In this document: in pieces, positions 54,299 to 64,000 of the stretch
How positions within the stretch are numbered: position 1 is the stretch's first letter
Layout of the letters: the number at the start of each line of letters is the position of its first letter
DNA from: Sphagnum compactum
Taxonomy: Eukaryota
Length of the DNA stretch: 64,000 nt
Reading direction: 5' to 3'
Assembly (NCBI GenBank): GCA_965153455.1
Contig: OZ234493.1
Span: 14,498,213-14,562,212 of the forward strand
Translations under genes and position numbers: made by a program
The notes under the pieces: model-generated
Seen by the model: only the letters and a program-made list of their open reading frames with translations
What the model was told of the DNA's origin: nothing
Databases searched by the model: none

Positions 54299-55385
54299 TG
54301 CACAGAACACGAGAGCTCAGCTGTCTCCAGAAGTTTACCGCTTAATTGGACCAGATCCTTTATGATCTGACAAGCATGATTATTACTGCACTACAATTCT
54401 GTGGTCGTAAGGAAAAATATCGGGTTGTACAATTTCTGTCAGAGGGTGCGCGTACCCTTTCTCAGACTTGGTATTAAGTTCCACTAAGTTCGGCCAGCAG
54501 CACCTTAAAAGTAGCGTTTTTTCTTACCGACGACACACAAAATTAAGAATATGTGATTTTGAAGGTTTTCAGTGGGCAGAAATGAGGAAAATAATAATAA
54601 TAATAATCGCCAAATTTGTATATTTAGTTTCTTTGTGAACCCAAAAATACAGAAGGATGATTAAAGGGACACACAACAGGAGCTCGCACAGAGCATTAGA
54701 GCTCAGCTGTGTGCACGAGATTACCGTGAAATTGCCCACTTCGTTTATGATCTGACAAGCATGATTAATGCTGCACTACAAGTGTTTAGTTGTAGGGAAG
54801 AATAGTGGGTTGTAAAATCTCTTTACCAGTGCGCGCGTATCCTTTCTCCGACTTGGTATTAAGTTCCACCAGCAGCACCTCAGAAGCAGCGTTTTTCTGA
54901 CTGGCGAAATTTAAAGCTAAGAACAAGCGATTTTGAAGGTTTTCAGTCTGCAGATGTGTGGAAAATAATAATAGTAATCTCCAAATTCGAACATTTAGTT
55001 TTCATTATGTAGCCAAAAAAGTAAAAGGATGATTAAAGATTAATACTTTATTTCTGGCTTAAAGCCACATTTGGCTAAATCTTCTGAGGGATGATGGTCA
55101 CTTTTTCTACATCTTTCTACCAATGGTAGCCAGTTTGGCGACCAACAAAACTCCTGAAAAGAAACACGGCTCAGAAGATGAATGCAAGTCGCTTCTCTTG
55201 CATCACTCCTGAGGCGTGTCCTGTAAACAAAGAGTGAAACTTCTGTCGATGACATCTTGAGCCAATCTTCTCTCTCTTCTCCGACAGACATGACGTTCAG
55301 TGCATCACAATTATATCGTTGAGGGAAAAAAACTTGGGTCCTCCAGTTCAGTACTGAGGCGCTCAACATCATTCAAGTTTGACAT
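54299..55385 (-). repeat. Near-identical inverted duplicate of 23594-24680
   Basis: The same spurious ORF MSSTEVSLFV...GFKPEIKY appears on + at 23724 and on - at 55040; the sequence is collinear with only scattered substitutions. Confidence 0.95.
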
Positions 55386-55547
55386 TATCTATAGTAAAGG
55401 AACAATGAAGCTTCCCCTGAAGCCGTGCGAATGAAGCTTCCCCTAAATCCGTCCGGCCCCAAGATTTACTGTACAGAGGACGGGGTCTTTTTCTTTTCAT
55501 TTTCTTTTTCGTTCTCTATTTTCGGTGTTTCTTTTTGTTTATAATAA

Positions 55548-56060
55548 TCTCTTTGCAGCAGCAACAAGAGACGCTGTCTTTGCTTCGGCAAGAAGTTTCC
55601 GAGATTTCTTTTCAGCAACAAGATAATTCTTTGCAGCACCCAGAGAATTCTTTGCAGCAGGTAGATGCATTCTTTGCAGCTGCAAAAGAATTTGTTTGCA
55701 ACAGCAAGAGACTTTGTTTACAGTAGCAAGAAATTTTGTTTGTAGCAACAAGAGACTTCCTTTGCAGCAGCAAGAGATTTCTGAGATTTCTTTGTAGCAG
55801 CAAGAGGCTTTGTTTGCAACAGCAAGAGAGTTTGTTTGCAGTAGCAAGAAATTTTGTTTGCAGTAACAAGAGAATTCTTTGTAGTAACAAGAAGCTTTCT
55901 TTGCAACAGCAAGAGATTTCTAAGATTTCTTTGCAGCAGCAAGAGACTTGCTTTGCTGTAACAAGAGAATTCTTTGCAGCACCCAGAGAATTCTTTGCAG
56001 CAACAAGAGACCTTTGCAACAGCAAGAGAACACTTTGCAGTAGCAAGAGACTTTCTGAGA
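55548..56060. repeat. Low-complexity tandem array (TTTGCAGCAGCAAGAGA core)
   Basis: Many ~20-bp degenerate units, which explain the overlapping low-complexity ORFs. Confidence 0.85.
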
Positions 56061-56177
56061 TTTCTGGGATTTGTTTTTTTTCTTTTTTCGCAGTAGTTAG
56101 AGGATGATTTTTTCCTTCCTTATGGTTTTCTTTTTATGATTTCTGTGTATCTGTGTGTTTTCTTCTTTTGGTTGCAG

Positions 56178-56300
56178 CATTTTGCAGCTTCAGGCTTCCC
56201 ATGTCCAAAGCTCAAGAATCCTGCAGACCATTTTCTTCGAACAGTGAACTTAGACTTCGATCGAGTCAAGATGGGTGTACAAGGGTTCTTCAAGATCAGA
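56178..56300 (+). pseudogene. Isolated exon of an ABCG (WBC11/ABCG11-like) half transporter
   Basis: TTGGTTGCAG|HFAASGFPCPKLKNPADHFLRTVNLDFDRVKMGVQGFFKIR|GTAAGA. GFPCP..NPADHFL is the ABCG post-NBD motif. No other ABCG exons were seen nearby. Confidence 0.8.
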
Positions 56301-56870
56301 GTAAGAAGAAATGATTTTAAATTTCACACCCGCATCATCGAAGCAGATTGTTTGAAGATTGTTTTCCTTCTTACTCTACCGACCTCTAAAATACAGCAAA
56401 ATCAGTTTAAAATCCGTCTGTCCATTTGTCCGGTCGCAATTATGATGGGTAAATTATAGAAATTATGTGCTCAGCTGCTCTTCATCTGTAGCTTGGAACC
56501 CTTTGTGGATTTAATCATTGCAACCCATGTTTCTAAATTGAAATCAGCATATGATTAGCAGTTGCATGCTAGCTAGCCGCAAAGAGCAACACATCACCAG
56601 CTTTTCACGACGTGGCGCTGACTGGCGCTGGAGGAGCTCCCAGCTACCCGCAGATTAGACTTCGCTTAACTTGCTCAATCATTCCTAACTGCATGCATGG
56701 GCCATTGCGCCATAGCCAGTTTATCCCCCATTATAATGGTCACTGGCAACAGAGAGAGAGAGTCAGAGAGTCAGTGCTCATGTCCTGTCTGAGTTTTTGC
56801 ATGGACTCTTCTTTTGGGGTTGACAAGTTCTTTTTTGGTTTTTTTGTTTGCGATTTCTTGGTGTGTGGAT

Positions 56871-56954
56871 GTGGTGTATGAAGGTGCCATGGTCGATACG
56901 TTGAGGCGGGTGAAGGTGTTGTCCTTAACAACTTGCTGTCTTTCAGTATTAGGT
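56871..56954 (+). pseudogene. Fragment resembling a plant TMEM70/TMEM186-family mitochondrial protein
   Basis: Translates VVYEGAMVDTLRRVKVLSLTTCCLSVLG, similar from memory to the VY.G....K.VKLLSLSTCCLSV motif of this family. Homology stops abruptly. Confidence 0.6.
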
Positions 56955-59900
56955 GCAGAAGCGTCTACCATCCTGGATCGATGATTAGGCTTTTCTTCTT
57001 AGGGTTAGGTTTGGAAGACTTCTACTCTTTGATGTTATGCAGTGGTGTATGCACCCAGGCAGGGCTTTCTGATGACTTTCTGATCCACCACCAAATCTTC
57101 TCAATGAGAGTTTCACTGCATTTGCACTTTCATTTGATTTTGATTTCCACATTGGCATCTACCTATCACATCTAAGCTTTGCAATTCACACAGACATCCT
57201 GGAAATCAACAATAAGCTTCAACATTCCACCCTAACTGCCAACAAGTTGTCCCCTCAGCAAGGTACACAATCTCACCATGCAAGAGCATGGACCTTCCAA
57301 AGAGTGAAGTCTGCAGAAAGCTTATGGGTATCCACATGTTCACCTGCCTGATTTTCATCCAGCTTTTGGCCTGAGAGGCAACCATATCCAGGAAAGTTGT
57401 CCACAACATAGTACACATCTCCATTCTTAATTATTTGCCATCAACAAGAAGATGCAATGATTGTCTCAGCAGATTTGACCTCACTAGCAAAAAACTGGAA
57501 AACTATTGCAACCAGCTGGGGGTGGAAGCTTCACACCTGCAAAATCGTTACCGTCAAATACACACACACCTGTGCATTACGAATGAAGCTTCCCCTTAAT
57601 CCGTCTGTCCCGTCATCCGTCCCGTCATCCACTCGGACGAACATTTCATCCATCCCGTCCGTTATGTCTTTCGTCACTACATCCAATATATTCATCCATA
57701 TCTTCATCCACTCTTAGGGCTCTCTTGCTTTGTTTTTCGTTGGGCTTACAGTGAATAGGTATATATAACGAAGAATATGTGTGTGCGTGCGGGCAAGGAT
57801 GCACACACTGTTGATGATGAGAGAGAGAGAGAAAGAGAGTTGGGCCCACCTCTGTGGTGGAACTTTTTTTCAAGAGCTGAATTTAGGCTATTTCATCTGT
57901 CTATTTAAGCCGGACAGACATTTCATCCATCCCGTCATCCGGCTTAAATGGGGTGAAAGGAGGACAACATTTGACAAAGCATGCATGGAAAACGTGACTA
58001 TCTACTGTCCAAGTGGAAATTGAACAGTGGACAGTCCACTCTCCGCACCAAACACAACTTGCCCAAAAAATCTTCTAAATATATATTTTTAAAAGGGAAA
58101 AAACTAGAAAAAAAATAAAAATAGAAAAACACTTTAACAATTAGAAACTTTTTGTAAACACTCAAACATGAAACAAAAAAGGGAAATACAGTAAAATAAT
58201 CTTAAAAGAAAATTTTTAAATAGATGACAAAAATAAGAAACCAAATAGAGAGCAAAAGAAAGAGGATTGCCCCAAGCTAATGGATGTGCATGTGTAGATT
58301 TTGGGTGCACCCGTCCAATTGATGGGTTGTTTTGAAATCTACCCATCTATTTGTTGGGTTTCTTTTCAAAATATGAATGTTGGGTAATTGATTTAATCAT
58401 GCATATATATCATTTATTTATTTTTGGGTTTTCACTTGCCTTTTTGTATTACGAGGTTTCATATCACTATGAAATGTAAAAAAAAATCATATGACTAATT
58501 TTTTAAATGATTTTTTTCTATAAACATATAAATAATTAGCTTCAATTCCTTTAAATCTTATTAAAATGAGATTCTTACAATATTGATTTGAAGATTATGC
58601 AAGAATTGATTAAAAATAAAACACATCAATTTTAAAATAAATTTAAAATGAATACACATTTTGATTTCAAAAAATAAAATTTTAAAATTAATTTGATGTT
58701 ATTTTAAAACTTTAATAAGGCTTTGATGAAGATTTAATAACAAAAATATAATGAAATTAATTTTCAATTTATTAATTTTTTTGTATTGTTGTTGCCTTTA
58801 TGTTATAAAAAATATATTATTACCCTAATATAGTAAACATGGATTATGATTTTAAGTTTACCAAGCATGTATGGGGCAAACACAATTAGTTTAGACATTT
58901 GTTATGCAATCTTATGTCGACACCTACAACTATTGTTGTCAACACACATAAAACGAAACAACATAATACCATCCTAACATAAGGCCTACCATCTAAACCA
59001 AAATAAACTCACTTGCAACTGTGAAGGAATCCAAGCCCAAAACACAAGATGGAAATCAAAACACAAAACCATGTGCAAATGAAAACTACAATAATATCTC
59101 AAACACTAAATATTTGAAACCTTATTCACATCGAAACTAGTTCCAAAGGAACTTACCTTAATTTACCTATGGTAACTAATATTTAAACACATAATTAAAG
59201 TAAAACTCCTTACACATTATATTGTTCAAACATTGATATATTACAACACTAGTACAATGACATTTTAATGTTGATGACCAAAATTGAACTTTTCAACCTA
59301 CATGGAAACCTTACAAAATTTTGGAAAGATTTCACAAAATGCAAAATTTGAAAGAAAAATTGTCCATAGATTTAGTATCAAATGTTATAGATAATGAATG
59401 GTTGATCTACAAGTTGGTACTAAATGATCAAATGTCTTTTAGATGTATCGCAACTATACATTTTTTATATTATTGCCATGTTCTCATATGATCCAAACTC
59501 ATAAAATTTCATGAAAACATGATTTGGTCTATGAATGTCTATTCATGTGTTAAAATTATTTTTGTTTTCTTCTTTTCGTGAGTCGTTTTGTTTCATTTGA
59601 TTTCATTACAATTTTATATTTTAAGGTACAACATTATTAACTTCACCATTTTTAAATATCATTTTTTGAATTTTGAAATTGAATAAAAAGGTTTTAAAGC
59701 TAAAGAAAATATGTACAAGCAACTACACATTAAACTTAATATAACAAAATGTTAAAAGCACATTTAATAAGCTTTGAAAATGTACCACAAGGTTTTTAAG
59801 CAAAGAAGATTCAAAATAAGTCCACACAATGGAAGTAATCAAAATATATGTCACAAAATTGAACATAAGAAACTTTTCCACATCAATACAATGAATTGTT

Positions 59901-61299
59901 GTGTATCAATTTTCTAATACATAGATCTTGTTACATTCATACAATAAAATCGTGAAACAAAAAAATCATTAATAATATAAAATATAAAATTTCCAAAATT
60001 GTCAATGCATGTGTGAACATGTAGCAAATAGTCAAATTCACAACGTATAAATAATATGTAAGTGGGGAACAATACAATAAATTTTGCTATCACAAATTTT
60101 CCTTTGACTTGATTGTTGTAAAAAATCACACAACTTGTTCCTACTTTCTACTTGGTTATTAGTTCTAGTAGCATGGATTGAGTCAAGTTATGGAAAATGT
60201 AAAATTGATTGAGGACGTTCAAATTTCATGTCACTGGACATATGCAAATGCACCTAAAACAAACATGACAAAACAAGGTTTTACTTATGATACATTGTAT
60301 CATAACCAATTTTTATATGTCTCATCATGGCTGTGAATTTGGATTCAAGTTGGTTGCCATGTGCACAATATGAACTTGAATTCAAGTTGGCTACCATGTG
60401 CACAATGTGAACTTGAACTTGGGTTGGTTGCCATGTGTACAAACCATAAATTTCCCAAATGCTTATTTAGGTGGAACTTGAAGCTCATGAAAATTTCACA
60501 ATGATAGACAAATGTTTTTTAGTTTGTTGTTCAACTCACTAACTTCAACAAGGTAGAAATGCAATATTTTACACTCAAGTTGCATTTCTTTTAAAGCTTA
60601 ATTTTAAGCTCTTTACTAATACCTTTGAAATGATTGATAATCTTACATATGAATAGTGAAATTGTTTTAAGAAAACCAACAATGAATGTGACAATATCCT
60701 ACTAGCAACATCACTCACTTTCACATGCTTATCATTACTTGACTTTCAAAAGTAATTTCAATGTGGGAGATACTCCTCCTTGAAATTGTTGTTGAAAAAA
60801 AAAAGGCGTAAGGAGAGAGGGAGTGAGAGGGAAAGAGAGAGGATGTTCAAGAGTCATTTTCTTGATCCTTCTCTCCTCTTTACAAAACACCAACTCCTTT
60901 TTTCTTCTTTGTTCCTGAACTTTCCAGCATGTAAGAAACTACATAAACATCCACCCAATAGAGAATGCAATAGGCATCACAAAAAACACTTAATTTGAAA
61001 CAAAATCCCTCACCCTAAGATCCTAATTTCATCCCATCTGTTGAAGTGTTAAAATTCATTCATGCAGTTCGTGGTTCAGGTGTTTATCTTCAAAAGGATT
61101 GAACATTCCCATGCAAACTTGTGTTTGACCCAGGTCTTGCAATGATATACTTTCCATGGTTCTGAATGCATTTTGGTGTGAAGTTAATGTATACTCATAT
61201 ACATTCATGCTAATGTGCATAATTTGCATAACGTCCATTGTACTGGTATGCACACAGTGTAACATCAATGGTAATTGTGCAAGATATACATGATGTACA

Positions 61300-64000
61300 T
61301 AGTCAACGAATTATGTACTCTACAGCCAGTGCTTGTGAAGTATCTTTGTTTTGCAACCTTAAAACCAAAGTTTTATCATCTAGTCAAGATGAAGTTGATT
61401 ATAAAAATGCATGTTCCATGTTTGCTCCAAAGGAGGTTTTAGTCAGTGTTGGCCAGTCCCTGGTCAGGTTCTTGAGGAACTGGACAAGATGTTTGTATTT
61501 TGGGTATTTGCAAGTTCGGGTTGACAGTCAAAAGATTCTCAATGGTCTTGGACAAGTGATTGTGTGGACTTCAACAGGTTATTGTGTGAACTAAGAGTGT
61601 GTAGTCAGATAGCAGTACTCCAATCTGTTAACTCCCAACCTTAAAGGTCCCAAGATCCTGCTTATTGTTGTGAAATAAAAGTACTCATCCATAGAGTTCA
61701 AGGTTTCAGAATATTTTAGGGTTTAGTAGACTTTAGGAATGCAACATTTGAAAAAAGCATACACTGAATCCTACTCCTGTGTTTCAACTTTCAATTGGCA
61801 CCCATCACCCCAATTAATGCCAAACATCAGTTGCAGGTATGGTAGGCTTAGATTGATCCAAGTGAAGAGATGGACACAATTTGTTGTAACTCTTGTGCTA
61901 GAGTTGTGACTTCAGAAAAGTAAACCTTTTGAATATTTAGTTAAAATGTGACAATGAAGGAGTTACAAGGAGCATACCTTCCAGTTACAGTCATGGAAAA
62001 GCTTCAACAGCCTGAGAAGGTCTCTAATATACTTCCTGGAATTGCAGGAGTCATTTGTATGCTCTCCTTAGCAGTGTCCACAAGTTCCCTCATAGTAACA
62101 TGCACTATATCTGCAACACCAGTGCATGAAGTTCAACTCGCTAGAATTCCAGAAACAATTGGGTCTTCAAGAAACAAATCAATCATGGTCACGGAGGGAT
62201 CTATCTGCCTGCAATATGCTCAATTCAGTCTCTCCCTTACCAAAAGAAGGCAAAGACATGTGAAACTTAGGTCCATGATCATGACAGATAAAGCACTTCT
62301 GCAAGTCTTATGCTTGGGAATACTTCTTATTCTGAAGTGTCCAAACCCTTTGCATGCTTGAGCTCTTAACATAAGAAAAGAAAATTCAGCAATGATTCCT
62401 TCCATCAAGTTGAAGATACAGTGACAATGCTCTAACCTTCGCTTTCTCAATGGCCTGAGAAGCTGCACCTATCTGCATTTCAAGTTCAGGAACCCCAATG
62501 CCTCTGCCTGAGCATGATGTTACCAGAGTTTGCACAGCAGTTCAACTCTCCTCAGTGCTCGTGCACTGCTGCTTCTAGTGGTGCATCCGTTCCTCAATAA
62601 CAAAAGTTTCAGTTGCAACATCAACATATACACTAGGTGCAATCACAGCTGCTCAACCCATTGACAACAGTGACAGATCTTGAAGAAGCAAAATGTCTGA
62701 GCTCTGGGTCAAATACTGCACTTTGGCTGCAAGAGCAAATGTGTCCTCTCCTGTAGTCCCTGATCCATTACCATCCTCTCACATTTGTCTTGCTAACACC
62801 TTGTAAAATGCACGGGCAAGGTTCTCTTTGCATGCACTTAGAAATACAGCAGATTTTCACCTGTTCCCTCAAGAACATGGAACACAGAAAAATGTCACAG
62901 TTGCAAACTCGTGGTATACCTTCACCAATCTAGATCATTTAGAGTCATTGCAGTTTGTTTCTAGGTTTACATCCTGTGATTTCCCCAGTTGATTGAGCTC
63001 TAACATGCAGCCACAAGGATGTGATCCCACAACAACTTGCCACACCATCATGTGCCTTGACAGATGCACAAATAGCTTGCACTTTCTCCATGTGATTGCC
63101 TTGAGCTTGCTAAGATCAAGGCTCGTGGGCAAGAAGCAATCCTTGATGATGAAGCAGCAGCAGCTGATAAACTAGCCCTAGATCCTATGTATGGTACTCA
63201 CCCAGACCCAAAACCTTCACAGAACTCAGAGGCTCACCACGACAAGATGTTCTTCAATTATGAGATCGCCCACTCGACCACCTGGTTTGCAAACAAAACG
63301 GCTTCCCCATGAGTTCCAGTACTGAAACCAAATCATTGAAGCAGCATCACATTTTTTTCTGTTGCAGCTCAGCTTGTGAAATCATCATGTCAAGATCTGC
63401 TATGATCAATCATAATCACTGTGAGCAGCTTGTCATTGCATATCTCCCAAGCAGCTCCCCTTACTGTTTGAAGTTGTTGAAGATACCTACCTAGGCAGAT
63501 CTTCAACTCTTACCTGTTTTCTCGCTTGTCTTGGCCTCTTCCGACTACTTACTTAGTCATCATCACCATCAACAGCATGCTCCTTCTGAATACTCGTGGG
63601 ATCCTTGTACCGATTGCAGCTTACAAGCACCTTCTTCTTCTTTTCCGATCAATGCAGCTCCGTGTCATCACCTGCTGGCAGACCCCACACCCAGGGAAAA
63701 AAAATATCTATATCCGCACCTTGAAAGATGGTATCTATGACACTACATCACCCATTGATGATGACAGAAGAGATTGAGCTTCCCAAAAGTGCAAAGTTGC
63801 ACCACCACACATGGTAAGCTCTCATTGCCATCCGTGTTGATGCAACAAACAACTTTCCTCAACTGCAGCCGAGAAATCTACAAGTGCCATGTAAACAGGA
63901 AAAAACTGTTGTAGACTCTGCTGCTGCCACTTGTTGCATCTCCAAAGCTTTTTAATTCACAAAGATCTTCAGCCCGGGTATCTTATCCAGTGCTGCTGTT
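61300..64000 (-). pseudogene. Decayed multi-exon coding gene of unrecognised family
   Basis: One frame reads protein-like from ~63130 to a donor GGAAG|GTATGC at ~61977 (...TGEDTFALAAKVQYLTQSSD...AIEKAKVRALSLYLQLDG...YIRDLLRLLKLFHDCNWK) with scattered TGA/TAG/TAA stops. There is a further acceptor AAGCAG|GAT at ~61657 and a donor CAG|GTAAGA at ~63513. Confidence 0.45.

Noticed and set aside
55535-56107. Overlapping Leu/Gln/Cys-rich ORFs on both strands
   Set aside because: Products of the low-complexity tandem array.
61444-61460. CAGTGTTGGCCAGTCCC matching the hAT MITE TIR
   Set aside because: No partner TIR or element body nearby; probably a chance match.

Overview
This is AT-rich, repeat-dense eukaryotic DNA with spliceosomal introns; the repeat families look like a moss, probably Sphagnum (inference). 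The only intact-looking genes are two minus-strand paralogues about 40 kb apart (copy A at 3398..<156, running off the window; copy B at 42987..40623, 3 exons, about 560 aa). Both encode an N-terminal MGA.. (myristoylation-like) start, an uncharacterised helical module (two tandem copies in A, one in B), and a bacterial-type DUF900/COG4782 alpha/beta-hydrolase with VFYAT(N/D)R, LYIHGY, YSWP, AHSMG, LAAAD and HSY motifs. The rest is transposon debris: a ~16.5 kb Mutator-like element with long TIRs, hAT MITEs and pseudogenes, solo-LTR-like repeats, a Helentron-type helicase/endonuclease remnant, local direct and inverted duplications, captured gene fragments (ABCG11-like exon, TMEM70-like piece) and an unidentified decayed gene at the right end. 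No rRNA, tRNA or CRISPR array was seen.
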